Assembly: GCF_009914755.1 (NCBI RefSeq)
Contig: NC_060942.1
Strand: one strand, 5' to 3'
Length of the DNA stretch: 64,000 nt
Source: the human T2T-CHM13v2.0 reference genome, Homo sapiens
The notes beneath the pieces are model-generated. The model did no database searches, was not told the origin of the DNA, and worked only from the letters and a program-made list of their open reading frames with translations. The translations under genes and the position numbers were made by a program. Below, in pieces: positions 25,662-40,689 of this stretch. Numbering within the stretch: the stretch's first letter is position 1; each line of letters starts with the position of its first letter.

Positions 25662-26229
25662 TGTGTGTTCATGAAATACCTATCCCTGCATGAATTAATA
25701 AATCCCATGGGTCTTGGATATGGGGTGGCTGTTCATTACTTCTCAGTGAAGTACAAATGTGTGTGTCTGTTCATCTTTTAAATATAGCATTCCTTATTAA
25801 TTTTAATTTCATAGCAATTTATTGGCACCCACTATGTACCTGATAGTGTCAGCTCTATTAGCATACTACAGCTAAAAAAGCTTAGCTTCACATATTGACA
25901 ACACTATATTGTACAATTTTTCGTTGTCTCTGAAACAAAGAGACATAACACTTTGCCTTACAAGCGTTCACCCATGGATTCCCCATGTTCTCTGCCAAGA
26001 GTAAAATGTAGGGCAACTGATAAGAGGCTGCACAGCTAACACACAGGAGGAGAAGCCTGTTCTCATGGGTTTGCTTCTGCTTCTTACGGCTCATTTCACA
26101 GAAAATTCACTTTTCTGTGTCTTAATTTCCCCAGCTACAAAGAAAGAAAAAACTATTTATTTTGTGAACACAGGAATAGATAAAGATTCAGTGACTAGGT
26201 TTAATGGGGTCATTTAATTTTCTACCTAG

Positions 26230-26423
26230 ACCTATTACTAAATACGCTGTAATTTGAAACAACAAAAATAGTGTGTGCTGTCAAGGCTGCCAGCTTATAT
26301 AAGTAAACCTAACCATTAGAACCAACCGGTTTGTGCACGTCGTTATGACCCCAAAAGTTCCTATGCATATCGCTTGAGAAAAATTTCACGATATCATGGA
26401 AAAGTGGATGAAAATGACTTTAG
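26230..26423 (+). pseudogene. Pseudo-exon (strut/buttress region)
   Basis: ttttctacctag| ... AG|gttgaa. Starts (D)LLLNTL*FETTKI (cf. EDQLL..VV..E.P.L) and ends, after a frameshift, RYHGKVDENDFR in phase 2. Confidence 0.5.
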
Positions 26424-26959
26424 GTTGAATTTAAACAGTTATTTTTAAAAGCCTTGATAAAGGAAAAATAATGCAACAGGTAGAGAACATGCTCAATAGT
26501 TAAATATTGGAACTCATCTCTAAAATGTGTAAATCCAGCAAGTCAGATTAACTACTCTCTTCTTAGTTCCTCTGGATATTGATATCATGTATATACATGG
26601 TAGAGATTTTCCCTTCCTTATTTGAAAAATTATTTGTGTAGCCTTGTCTGAAAATCATCTCTTTGCCTATATTAAATGATTTATAGGTCTACAAAAATTA
26701 GCATAGCAATGTAAATTATAGTTCCAGCTTTGTTACTAATTAGGCGTGTCATTTTAGTTATATGTCTTAATCTTTCTGGATTTCAGCTTCATCTGTAAGG
26801 TGAGGGGCAGAGCAGAGAAGATGTATAAGTGGCGTACGCACCGCCACTCACCATGCTGTTTGCGGCAAGCATTACTAATCAAGCATGACAATCTTTCCCA
26901 TTGAACTCACACATTGCATAGGATCCTTTTCATCACAGCGTATCTCTGAATTAGATTTT

Positions 26960-27165
26960 ACCTGATTTTATTGAACACTTACTATATGTCAGCCACTATT
27001 TAGGATACTTATCTGTATTAACTAGCTTAATTATGACACAATTATGACAGGATTCTATGAGGCACGCAAATTAATATCCTTATTTTGCAGATTAGGAAAG
27101 TAAGGCCCCAAAATTTACATATAGTAAGCAACAGAGCGTAAAATCAAGCAGCCTGTGCTTTCCTT
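26960..27165 (-). mobile_element. MIR fragment
   Basis: ttattgaacacttactatatgtcagccact...tattttgcagattaggaaagtaaggccc. Confidence 0.6.
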
Positions 27166-27480
27166 CATTTTGTTACTTTGCCTTTGAGTTCTCTAGAGTC
27201 TATTTTAACACAAATTCTATGGGTAGTACTAAAAGCATGCCACAAACATTTGACAGTGAGAAGTATTCTCTGCTCTTTGGGATTTGTTTTATTTTGTTTT
27301 TTAGTTTCTTCACAGCTTTATTCTCAGCACCTAGCCCCGTGCCTAACAGATGGTGGACACTCAGTAAATATTGATTGAATGAATAAATGCTGCCATCCCC
27401 ACAGCCAGTATCACTATACTTTAAAAAACAGGCTGTGAAATTATCTCTTTTTTATATTGCATCAGTCTGCTATTCTGCAG

Positions 27481-27660
27481 ACTCCACATTGATCATTTTC
27501 CAGGCAGCATCTTATTTGGTTTCCTCTGGCAGGAGCTACAAAAAGATTAAGAGAGGGAGGAACCCAAGGGGAACTCCCAGCTGTCCTATCTAATGTTCTA
27601 TCTCAGTTCTTCACTGGTTGAGAGTTTATTATCATTTTAACAATTATCTGGGACCCACAA
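27481..27660 (+). pseudogene. Pseudo-exon (post-AAA5 helical region)
   Basis: tattctgcag| ... AA|gtaaga, phase 2/2. Reads LHIDHFPGSILFGFLWQELQKD*EREEPKGNSQLSYLMFYLSSSLVESLLSF*QLSGTH, cf. RGS.LYF and Y.YV.RSLFE..KLLFSF. Confidence 0.7.
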
Positions 27661-27825
27661 GTAAGAGGTCGGCCACAGGCAATTCTTAATTGTGGGAGCA
27701 GTGATGATGCTTTGCATAAGCTGACTCTTGCCATGCAAGAGAAGCAGCCCGAAACGAGAGTGGTCAATGCCAAACTGGGAGGAGTTGTGTCTGACTAAAG
27801 AACAGATGTTCTTGTGTATAATTAG

Positions 27826-27914
27826 TAGAGACTTGCAGTGACCTAGGTGGTTATTTAACTCAAAAAGGAAACAGCCAAGAAGCCAAATTTGGATAATTTT
27901 GAGGGGATTTCATG
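27826..27914 (+). pseudogene. Pseudo-exon
   Basis: attag| ... G|gtgagt, phase 2/1. Reads RDLQ*PRWLFNSKRKQPRSQIWIILRGFH, cf. the P.WL motif. Confidence 0.6.
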
Positions 27915-28492
27915 GTGAGTCATTGAGCAGACTTTAACAATGACACAAAAAGAACAAATTGGTAATCTAGTGTTTATAGTGATGTATGTAGAATTAACAT
28001 CAGGACAACTTAAAACCAATGACACTTTTTGTCTGGATCCTTACGCTTTCACAAAATAAACTAGTACCTAGCTTATCTGAATTATAAGCGATAACAAAAG
28101 CTACAAGTAACCAGAAAAGCACGTTTGGAAGATGCTTATCAGTGACATTTTCTACAAATTATGACAAATGTATTTGAGGAGTAGTCTTTAAGATTCCTGG
28201 CATATGCAGATGTCTATCTGTATCACATGATAACCATGACTTTGGAAACCATTATATTTCTTTCAAATGCCAGACTGAATCCAGATATGAATGCTTGGAC
28301 AGCTTCAAATAATGAAAATAAGAGTGTGCTAACATTGACTGCAGTGTACGAGATAAAAAGTAGGGCAGAGAAGGAGCAAACATAGACCCCCCAAAAAAGG
28401 CCATTGGCAGGAGCTACAGAAAGATTAAAGGGAGATGAAAGGGAGGGAAGGAGCCCGAGGGGAATTCCTAGCTGATGCTAATTGTACCATAG

Positions 28493-28605
28493 CCACCAGC
28501 TACCTCATTGGGTTCCTTTGTGGTTAGCACAATGGGGTACTGGTTGCTGTCCTCCAGGGAATTCTGCACAGCTCTGAAAAGAAAGCATTTCATGTATTAT
28601 ATGAG
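28493..28605 (+). pseudogene. Candidate pseudo-exon
   Basis: catag| ... GAG|gttgag. Phase 1/0 bridges its neighbours. Reads TSYLIGFLCG*HNGVLVAVLQGILHSSEKKAFHVLYE. Weak acceptor and no clear motif. Confidence 0.4.
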
Positions 28606-28841
28606 GTTGAGAGAAAGGTGAATAAAATAAGTTGGAGATATTGTCATATTAAGAGGAAATTAATATCCATTTTAATTAAAGGTAATCAATATTGGGAGAT
28701 GTAGCAGGATGCAGAAAGAAGAGAGTTGCTAATTTCAATGCCATTAAAAAGCTGTGACCATAGGCAGGTGCCAGCACAGACAGACATCAGCTGCATGTAC
28801 ACCTGCTGTTCCCTGTGAAGTGGAGCAGTGGTTTCTGTCAG

Positions 28842-28974
28842 GTTCAAAATCAAATCATGAATTTTGCCTACATGTTGTCAAACTACCTGGGATAGTTTCC
28901 TCCCTCTTGGCAGCCCCTGACCCAACTAGCATTGTCATACCACTTTGTAATAATCCAAAGATTCTTCATCCCAG
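28842..28974 (+). pseudogene. Pseudo-exon preceding AAA6
   Basis: tttctgtcag| ... CAG|gtctgt, phase 0/1. Reads VQNQIMNFAYMLSNYLG*FPPSWQPLTQLALSYHFVIIQRFFIP, cf. LP..W...L..FQKL.I.R..RPD. Confidence 0.65.
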
Positions 28975-29023
28975 GTCTGTCCATTTCCGAGAGGCCCATG
29001 TCCCGAAACTGTTCCTCTCCCCC

Positions 29024-29397
29024 TGCTATGGACTGAATTATGTCCCCAACAAATTCATATGTGGAAGTTCTAAGCTCCAATGTGATGGTATTTGCAGATG
29101 GGATTTTTGAGAAGTAATTCGTTTTAGATAAGGTCATGAGGGTAGAGCCCCCACGAAGGGATTAATGCCCTTATAAGAAAGAAGAAACACTAGAGAGCTT
29201 GCTTTCTCTCTCCAGCTGCCTGAGGACACAAGAAGGCAGCTGTCTGTTACCTAAGAAAAGAGCCCTCACCAGACACTGACCCTTCTGGCCCCTTGATCTT
29301 GGACTTTCAACTTCCAAAACCATGAGAAATGAATTCCTGTTGTTTAATCCACCTACTCTATGGTATTTTGTTATGACAGCCCAAGCTGACTGAGACA
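29024..29397 (+). mobile_element. MLT1A-type solo LTR (ERVL-MaLR)
   Basis: TG...CA termini: tgctatggactgaattatgtcccc ... gctgactgagaca, ~374 bp. Confidence 0.88.
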
Positions 29398-29448
29398 CCC
29401 TCTCTGCCCCATGCCATCCAAAATCACACTAAAGCATAGAAAGTGTGT

Positions 29449-29450
<2 letters not shown>

Positions 29451-29498
<48 letters not shown>

Positions 29499-29503
29499 TT
29501 TTT
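29451..29503. repeat. (TA)n + poly-T
   Basis: Directly visible. Confidence 0.95.
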
Positions 29504-29647
29504 CATTTAGGTAGTTAAACCATCCGGGTTCTTCGTAGAGTAGGTCATGCAGACTTGGCCAAGGGTACACAACTGCTCTTCATCTCACCCACAAAATGAG
29601 AGATTTAGCTAAATGATCTATAAGTGTAGTCCTAAACTGCCTGACAG

Positions 29648-30318
29648 TACCGGAATCTTTCTCCAGAGCTGCTTATTTGCCAAATGAATATAATTGGCAT
29701 AAAGCCTGCAGGAAAGATCTTGAGAAGGGGAGTCCCCAGAATTCATTCATGTACTTCATGGCATTTATCTCTGCCATCGTGATAGAAAAACAAGGCTTAG
29801 CAAATTGACCCTCTGCTTCTGCAGCTGCTGACCCCTGGTAATGTTAGAACAGAAGCAAGCTAACCCTGGAGGCTTGGACTAATTCTAGCAATGATAAATA
29901 CAGCTTGCTTTGTGGCTGTCACCCTGCCTAGAGGACTGAATGGCCAATGGTAACAACCATTGCGCTTGTTATGCACTGCTCAAGTCTCCCATTCTGCTGA
30001 GCCGATGCTGGCAGTGCCTCTGCAGAGGAAGAGTCAAGCCCTTCAGAATCTATGGTTTCGGGTAATTGGGTGCTGCACCTCATTATGGTCATTACCAGGA
30101 TGATATCTCCTTAGGGATTTCCTTTAGGGAAAGCAATCACTTTAGCAAAGTCTGAAAGGCAAGCATCTTTATCTGGTTCCTGTCATCCCAGATGTCAAAA
30201 ACATCCGTGAAGCTGTGTTCTAGGGTATTATGAAAATTACTCCAAGGCATTTCAAAAAAATGGCTCACACTCTATTCTGGGATCTCTTCACTCTTTTATT
30301 TCAGTCCCTGACTAAAAT
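29648..30318 (+). pseudogene. Large pseudo-exon, AAA6-like domain
   Basis: tgacag| ... T|gtaagt, phase 1/1. Reads ...FMAFISAIVIEKQG...LEAWTNSSNDKYSLLCGCHP...ADAGSASAEEE...SMVSGNWVL/HYGHY...SIFIWFLSS...RVL*KLLQGISKKWLTLY. Matches the order FV.EKLG, S...P..F.LSPG.DP, SLGQGQ..A, G.WVLLQNCHL, FRLWLTS, EPP.G...NL..Y. Confidence 0.75.
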
Positions 30319-30957
30319 GTAAGTGGTGTATGATAGCAACACTGTACTCCAAAAAAAAAAAAAAAGAGAATTTATCAAGCAGTAGGTTAAGAAAGCAATT
30401 TAAATGACAGTTCTTTTTCCTTCTTCTCACCTTTGCCCATGCAACTTTGTTCTTGTTCATCTACATTCTAACAGAATGGACCTAACCTAAAAGGAACTCT
30501 GAAATCAGTGACAAATGTGAGTGACTTAGACATGTGAAGGATGCCTTTAAGTGTTATTTGGCTCAAAAATAACTTCAGTAATTTTTACAGCTTTCCTGGA
30601 AAGCAATGAAAAATCACCTGAGGCGCAGTGTATTCACAAGAATGGGAACTTTGCATCTAAAATATATAGTCTTGAGAACTGGGAAGGTATTCAAAATGAT
30701 ACAATGTAACAAAGACCAGGGTTGGATCCTGGAGAATGTTTCAATGCTAAATTCATAAAATCATTGTTAAACCCATGTATTTACTTGTGAGAAAGAAAGG
30801 CAAATTCTATCCAGAAAAAAAATGTTCCTTAAATATCAATTTTAGAATTAGGTTATTTAGTCTGTCAAAGACTGGCTGATTAAAAAAAAAAGAATTAGGT
30901 TTTTTAGAAGTCAATCTTAAATATGGAAAACAACCATGTGTGATACAAACGAAGTAC

Positions 30958-31158
30958 TCTTTCTTAAACAGAGGTGGTTTTGCTCTCCAGGTTACATTTG
31001 ACAATGCCTATCACAATTTGGGGGCAGGTGCTCCTGGATTCTAGTAGGTAGAGAGGCCAGAGACGTTGCTAAACATCTTATAATGCACAGGACAACCCTC
31101 ATAGAAAAAAAACTTATCTGGCCTTAAAGGTCAATAGTGCCAAGGTTGAAAAACCTTG
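30958..31158. mobile_element. MER20 hAT element
   Basis: tagagaggccagagacgttgctaaacatcttataatgcacaggacaaccc...gtcaatagtgccaaggttgaaaaacc. Confidence 0.85.
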
Positions 31159-31624
31159 GCTTTCAGAATGCACTGCCAAAATGTGATGACAAAGATATTA
31201 CATTTTTGTAAAAGCCAAATCTCTAGAAGAAAGCCATTCCAACAAGCAAGAGAGAAATGATTTACACTTTGGAAAGGCTTTTCATTTTAGCACTATAATC
31301 AGATCCATTCATTGGATTTAAAATGTATAACCTATGATAGTCTAAGAAGTCTTACAGATTCCACATGTATTGTAAAAAGGAGAAACCACAGTGGGAAATA
31401 CAACACCTTGACTATGTGGACCCACCCCTACTCATATAAGTACTTTAATCATCCCTATGTATCAATAGGCTGGTGGAAAATTACAAGTTTGAAAACTCAG
31501 AGGAAGAAGCACATTATATATGAAGCTTTGGTAGGTTAAACGTTATGCTAAGTAGAAGACGCTACCTCCGCCTTCAGAGGGCTCATGATGCGGTTTAGAG
31601 AATAAGACATATGCATGTACCCAT

Positions 31625-31930
31625 ATTTACTTGTTAATTTATTAAATGAATGTTTATTGCCTGCCTACTGTGCTCAGTGGTGTATCAGGCCCAGGGACAC
31701 CACTGAGCACACAGTGACTGCTCATCCTGTGTGATGGGATGAAACAGAACCAAGATGAGAAGACTGTCTGCAGAGTTCTAACAATGTAAGTTACTACTGC
31801 AAATGTGGGGGCATAATTCAAAGAACCTAAACATAACCTGGAAGTCAGTGAAGACCTCTCTGAGAGGTGACTTAAAAGATGGGGAGAATTATCCAGATAA
31901 TGAATCAGAGTAGAGAGAAGAGGGGAAAAA
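31625..31930 (-). mobile_element. L2 fragment
   Basis: aatgtttattgcctgcctactgtgctcag...gtcagtgaagacctctctgagaggtgac. Confidence 0.55.
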
Positions 31931-32064
31931 AGTGGTTCAAAGTATCATTAGTGCCCTTTTCCTCTTGTGTAGTTTAAGATTCAGTAAAAACAAAATAAGC
32001 ATACATAATGAGAAGAGGAAATTTTCCTTACTACCTCCTAATTCCCTTAGTACTATTCTTCCAG

Positions 32065-32410
32065 GTCCCTGTACTAATTACTGGACTTCTGCTTCTGAAA
32101 ACCATTGACAGAGCATGTTTAAAAAGCTCCACGATATTCATTGAATTGTTCTTTCTCTGGCTTCCCTCCATTTGCTATGGAATCTGGAGATGCCTATATA
32201 ACTGAAAGAAGAAACTATTTATTCATCTTAAGAATAGTTAACAGTGATTCTGTGCTCTGGGAAGGAACTTGCTGCTGAGAGTGCCAGTCTGCGAGGTTTT
32301 TGCTTTAATGTCTGGACGGAGGAGAAGTCTAGAGTAGCTGATGTGTATTCGAGGTCAGCATAGTGTATGGAAGAGCATCAGTTGTCATGCTTATGGCATT
32401 TTATTAGTAG
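32065..32410 (+). pseudogene. Pseudo-exon (AAA6 lid-like)
   Basis: tattcttccag| ... |gtaaag, phase 1/0. Reads ...H*IVLSLASLHLLWNLEMPI*LKEENYLFILRIV...SARFLL*CLDGGEV...IVYGR..., cf. LLF.LCFFH, GWN.PY.FN..D and YGG.V. Confidence 0.7.
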
Positions 32411-32718
32411 GTAAAGATGAGAAAACTTACTAAGCCCCAGTAATGCCAAGAAGGAAGAATTTTGATGAGGAAGTCAATAAATAACATATTTTGTAAGCAG
32501 GTTTGGTCTTTTAGCATAACCTGGGCTGGTGCTCTTGTTTGGTATAATGTAAACATGATTTGGTCATTAAATTAGCATCTTATTCCTACTCAATACTGCT
32601 AGTGCTGTCAATCATCTAAATACAATGTTTCCCCAGTGATAACTTTCACTGAGCCTCCGTGATCATACTTTTAGTATTTTGAATAAGTAATAGCTAAAGA
32701 GGATTTTTGTTAGATACA

Positions 32719-32722
<4 letters not shown>

Positions 32723-32758
<36 letters not shown>
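32723..32758. repeat. (CA)n microsatellite
   Basis: Directly visible. Confidence 0.97.
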
Positions 32759-32761
<3 letters not shown>

Positions 32762-32794
32762 CTGCAAGTAAAAACATCTCTACTCTTCTCCCAG

Positions 32795-32910
32795 ATGACT
32801 GACCATCACTAGAGTTAACTGGCATAACCAGTGCTTGAAGATTTAAGTGGAACTAGATGGTACCATGTGCCAGGATGTACAGGCTCCCTAGGGAGGACTC
32901 TTGACGAGAG
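32795..32910 (+). pseudogene. Pseudo-exon (start of C-terminal domain)
   Basis: ctcttctcccag| ... AG|gtatat, phase 0/2 (alternative donor at 32924). Reads ...PVLEDLSGTRWYHVPGCTGSLGRTLDE, cf. the Y..P motif. Confidence 0.6.
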
Positions 32911-33639
32911 GTATATCTTACCAGGTTAAGATATTATCACTTCCATTCACAAAATGGCAAAACACAGGAAGGAGATGTTTTCATTCATATTTTGTGGAAG
33001 GTACAAGTGATCATGGGTATTAATCCCCCAGGGAGCAAGTCAATGTGGAAGAAACCTGGAGTGAGTCCCATAACCTCTATGACAAAGGCAGGGTTAAGAA
33101 AATCGTGCTATTTAATTGTCAGAATTTTAAAATATAATGGGTTGTTCTTTTACATAACATGAGGACTAATCAACTCATGTTTTTTTGCCCCGTTGGTAAT
33201 ACCTGAAAGTTAGATGAGGAACAGTTATTTTATACTAATATTTAATACTAGCTCTTTAGATAAATAAAGACCTTACCGTTAGAATAAGGGAACGAGAAAA
33301 TATATTTCTTTCACATTCAGTAAAAACAGACAAAACATATGGGAGGGGGCAAAATGCACAGATTTTTATTCAGAAAAGTAGAACATAAAATACCCCAAAC
33401 ATTCAGACTCCTCTATACAATGCAAGTTGAATTAAGAATTTATTGAATAACTCTAATATGCCACCACAAATAGTATTCTATATAAAGTTCAAAACAATCC
33501 TGTGAAATCATTGCTGGTTTATACACTTGTATTCTTTCAGCAGATTAGGACACTTCAGCTCAGGAGTTAGAGATTTTACACAGGATGACAAAGCTAATAA
33601 GTAGTGAACCTATCAAGATAATTAGAGATAGAAAGCATC

Positions 33640-34280
33640 AATTATTTGTCCATGTGACATTGCTCATAGGTATTATGAAGCATAAAGGAACTGTCCGTCT
33701 TTTGCATACTTAAAAGACATGTAGAAGAAATAAATGTTATCAATTTCTACAAAAAAAGTCAATATGGAGCCCAGTGGAAGTGCAAAAGGAATAGTCATCA
33801 TTTATCTGAGTGAAGGGAAGGAGAGGAGCAAAAGTTCATAGGGATGGTAAGTTCCAAAAGATGAGATGTTCACTCTGCAGGCCTGAGCATGCTGGCACAG
33901 GGGCAGATGGAACAGGTGAGTGAAAGCTCGGCAGTTAGGATCAGCCTGGAAGAATGGCAAGTTCAAGGGTTTCAGTGCACCCGAGTGTTCATATGGAGCG
34001 GAGAAGAAGCAGAGCTGGGGTAGCAGGGAAAGATGATAAAAGATGAGCCTAGAAATGCAAGGGAAAAGTTATGAAAGGCTTTTGAGCCTTTGCTAAAACT
34101 CTAGGTTATGTTTTCAGCACTGAGAACCATGAGAAATTTTAAGCATGTTTAAAATGTTCTTTCTAACAGTTCTCCCTTTTTAAAGGAGGTAGGGTAGTGA
34201 GAGCAAGACTAGGGGGCTGAAAGAACAATTGAGAGGTGTTCAGTTTTTCCAGACTACATGTTATAATGATCTTGGGCAGT
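33640..34280 (-). mobile_element. Degenerate L2
   Basis: Purine-rich L2-like segments (gagaaccatgagaaattttaagca, gagagcaagactagggggctgaaagaacaattgagagg). Confidence 0.5.
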
Positions 34281-34854
34281 ACCTAGGATTGCTTTTTTCA
34301 TTTTTCACAAACTGTGGCATATAAATCTGCAGAGTTATTATGTAAAGGAATTTAGCAATATGTAGCCGACGTGATAAAATTGTTCCCACTGAGGAAATGA
34401 TTTGTATTCTTTTTAAAAGAAAAGTAATATATTCAATAGCTCAGAACCCCTCAGAACTAGTAAGAATAGAATTATAGGCAAATAAAAATTCTAAAAATAA
34501 CTTCAGGTGACTATTAAATGTATGCAAAGAAATGTCTTTAACAACCAATACTTTAGGAAATGAATTTAAAACAATGGGGAACATTCTATCAGAGGTCTAC
34601 CATTTGAAAAAAAAATCAGTAATTGGCAAGGCAGAGTTATATCTCCAAATGCTTTTGGTGAGATCCAGTCAAAATTTGGTAATTTGATTCGAATGTTCTG
34701 GAAATAAATTGGATAATAGCTATAAAGAAAAGTTAAAAATCTTCACATTATTTAATTCAGTAATTCAACCTCTGGGAATTGATACAAATAACAACAAGGT
34801 GGCCTAAGTCTAAAATGAGTTAAGATTGTTAAGCACTTAAAATATATACATAAT

Positions 34855-35245
<391 letters not shown>

Positions 35246-35949
35246 TTATGTATAAACATTGTCATCACATTATTTATTATAGCATAATATGAGAAACAAC
35301 TGAAATAGCCAACAGTAAATGAATGAATAAACTACACTGTGTTTAGTAATTGTAAATGAGACACAGACAAAATGCAAAGTTGAGATTATCAGTATAGGTA
35401 GTCCAAAAGGTAGATACATGATAAGTAGAGATGTAGGTGGATGTAAGCAAAAGAGGGAGGAAGGAATTTGTATGGTTATCCATGAATGGGGACATTATAA
35501 ATGCTTTTAAATTTCTCCTTTTAAAATTCTGTTCAATAAATATACTATTTATAGTCTATGTACTTATATCATCTCAACTCCAAAATACAAACAGTGGTTT
35601 TATTGAGGTAATAATTTTATTCCTTCCTCATATTATTACATTCATATATTTTCCAAATTTTCTACTATATATATATATACAAAAATATAAAATTAGAAAA
35701 ACTAAATTTTATTTTAGAGGACATCACTTGAGTATTTCTAACTTCACATTAATCCTATCATAACCTTCACATTAATAACTTACTATTAAAATATTGAATT
35801 GAACCTCATTGATTTAAAAATACTTCTTGATTCATTTATTTGTTTTCTATCAAAAAATTTATTACTTACTTTCAATAATTTCACAAATACTTTGAAGGTC
35901 TTCAGCCACTTACGGTGTATTAGCATGTGAATTTGGAAGGCTGAATTAT

Positions 35950-37150
35950 TATTCTTATTTTGGTAAAATATCTGTAAGATGTATCATTTGAACTGCTTTG
36001 GAAGTGTACAGTTTAATTGCATTCAGCACATCCACATCGTTGTGCCTCAATCACCACTAAACTTCTCCAGATAGTTTCTCATCACAACATGAAACTGTGT
36101 TCATTAAACAATAGCTCCCCATTCCCTCCTACCCACAGTTCCTGACAACCACCATTTCACTTTCTGTCTCTATGAATTTAACTATTTCACGTACCTCATG
36201 TAAGTAGAATCATACAATGCTTACTTGTCCTTTTGTACCTGGCTTATCACACTTAACATAATATCTTTAAAGTTTAGCCATGTCGTGGCATGCGTTAGAA
36301 TTACATTCCTTTTTAAGGCTGAATAATATTCCATTGTGCATTTTATTCCACATAATTTGTAATATTGTAATACTGTAAATTTAATATTCCAAAATGCATT
36401 TTGTTTATATATTTATCTGTCAGTGGACCCTTGGGTTGCTTCCACCTTTTGGCTATTGTAAATAATGCTGCTATGAATATGAGCACACAAATATATGTTC
36501 AAGTCCCAGCTTTTAGTTCTTTAGAGTGTATGCCCAGCAATGGAATTGCTGACTCGAATGCTAATTCTACGTTTGATTTTTTGAGGAACTGCTATACCAT
36601 TTTCCACAGTGGCTATACCATTTTACATTTTTACCAGTCACAAACAAGGGTTCTAATTTCTCTGTACCCTTGCCAACACATGTTACTGCCTGTGTTTTTG
36701 TTTTTAATAATAACTATCTTGGTGGGTATGGAGTGGCATCTTGTTGTGGTTTTGATTGGCATTTCCCTAAAAATCAGTGATGAAAATGAACATGTTTCCA
36801 TGTGCTTATTGGCCATGTGTGTATCTTCCTTGGAGAAATTCCAGTCCTTTACCCATTTTTAAAATTGAGGTTTTTTTGTTGTTATTGTTGCTGAGTGGTA
36901 GAAGTTATTTACAGACTGTGGATATTAAGATCTAATTGTATGTGTGATATGCAAATATTTTATTCCACTCTTCCATTTCATGGGTTGCCTTTCACTCTGT
37001 TGATTGTATTCCTTAATACACAAAAGTTTAACATTTTGATTAAGATTAATTTATATGTTTTTTTCTTTTGTTGCCTGTGCTTTTGTTGTCATGTCCAAGA
37101 AATCATTGCCAAATCCAATATCATGAAACTTTCCTTTTATGTTTTCTTCT
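35950..37150 (-). mobile_element. L1M (L1MA/MB-type) 3' portion
   Basis: L1M 3'UTR plus ORF2 end (ANKHMETCSFSSLIFREMPIKTT). Confidence 0.85.
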
Positions 37151-37209
37151 GAGTTGAATTATTTTTAATTGGCTATTAAAATTTATTTAGAGATTCTTTC
37201 TTTTGCTTA

Positions 37210-39322
<2,113 letters not shown>

Positions 39323-39352
39323 TAAAAACACCCACAGAATACAGTTTTTAAT

Positions 39353-39929
39353 TTGTATTCTAGGGGTGGGAAGGGGCTGATCTCTTTCCTCCCCATCATA
39401 AAGGATCATGGCTGACATTCCCATAACAAAAAGCAGACTAACAAGATAAAAGCATAACAAATGTATTACTATTACATGCACATGTGTGCTCAGGAGTCAT
39501 ACCAAATATGAACTCAAAGTGTGGCCATGTGGTTGAGACTTTCTTCATAGGGGATGGGGAAATAGAAAAATAAAAGGCCCAATACTCAGAAGGTGGTTCA
39601 CAGGAATAATGGTTGTCTCATCTTCAGATAAAATTTCTTGGCTAGTCTCTTAGAGCTGCCTTCAGAAGAATAGATGAAATGTCTGTCTGGGCATGATGAT
39701 GACTCCAGTCTTTTCTCTTGTGGTTGACCATTCGTGTTTATTTGATGAGATCTTGAGAAAGAGGGTCTTAGGGCAATTACATTTCTTTTGGAAAGAAGCT
39801 TTCTTAGTGATATAAGGCTTGGGGAAGGAGCAAGACAAGGTTAGAACTTTGATTCTGAGGCAGCTTCTAAGGCCTCTCTCAGCATGTCAAAGGGCCAGTC
39901 TTTGTGGTATTGCTTTCTGAGCCCTGACA
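39353..39929 (-). mobile_element. ERV1 solo LTR (MER31/MER67-like)
   Basis: Ends gattctgaggcagcttctaaggcc...tctttgtggtattgctttctgagccctgaca, typical of this LTR group in antisense. Confidence 0.65.
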
Positions 39930-40012
39930 GTACTCTAACAATTTCACAGTAATGCCAAAATTCCTTTAGCCCAGTAGTAATTTCAAAAACAACACATATG
40001 TTTATTTTGGGG

Positions 40013-40017
<5 letters not shown>

Positions 40018-40060
<43 letters not shown>
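40018..40060. repeat. (TA)n microsatellite
   Basis: Directly visible. Confidence 0.97.
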
Positions 40061-40063
<3 letters not shown>

Positions 40064-40136
40064 GTCTGGAAGATTGGAAGATCCTGGAACAAACAATTTA
40101 ATACACTAGACTACAGTTCAAGATATTTTTTCACAG

Positions 40137-40543
40137 TTATTGGCAAATCTCTTTGCAAATAGATGTGTTCCATTTGTGGCACATGAACATGTGAACTGTA
40201 TCGAGTCAGTGTGGATTAAGTGGTTGTGAGGAAATGAGTCCCATCTGTTAAAGCAGAATATCTGAGAAGTCATTCATCACACTTGTTCTGCATTCAGTTG
40301 ATGTGGACATAATGGAACTAAATTATAGAGATGATATTATGGAATCAACACTTAAGTTCTTATGCATCAGACTACCTAACAAGCTACTAAATGACAGGCT
40401 GCCTGAATTCGGAATTCAATAGCAAAGAAAAAATTTTAAAGGCCAATAAAGTTTTTGGTTCTTTAGTTATAGTTTCATTCCCAAATACTTACTGACAATA
40501 AGCAATTCACATCCTGATGCTGAAGGTTCTGGAGTCATAGTGG
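40137..40543 (+). pseudogene. Pseudo-exon (C-terminal domain)
   Basis: ttttttcacag| ... G|gtaata, phase 2/1, single frame with 4 stops. Reads ...SSQCGLSGCEEM...SEKSFITLVLHSV...YRDDIMESTLKFLCIRLPNKL..., cf. PE.FGLH.NA and RE..V......IL.KLP. Confidence 0.7.
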
Positions 40544-40689
40544 GTAATAATGAAAAAAGGAGGCTAAAATTAGAAACTTGATGTCACTGCTCAAGCCAAT
40601 AATACTCTTGCTGGATTTAATAAATATATTCTGTCTTTATTAAAATTGTGTTGGTGCTAGGGTGTTGGGACAATTTAGTTGAAATTCAG

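Noticed and set aside
25965-26068. Possible pseudo-exon ending TQEEKPVLM G|gtttgc, which would supply the phase 0-to-1 link
   Set aside because: The donor and phase fit, but no convincing acceptor or motif was found and it partly adjoins L2-like sequence. Left uncalled.
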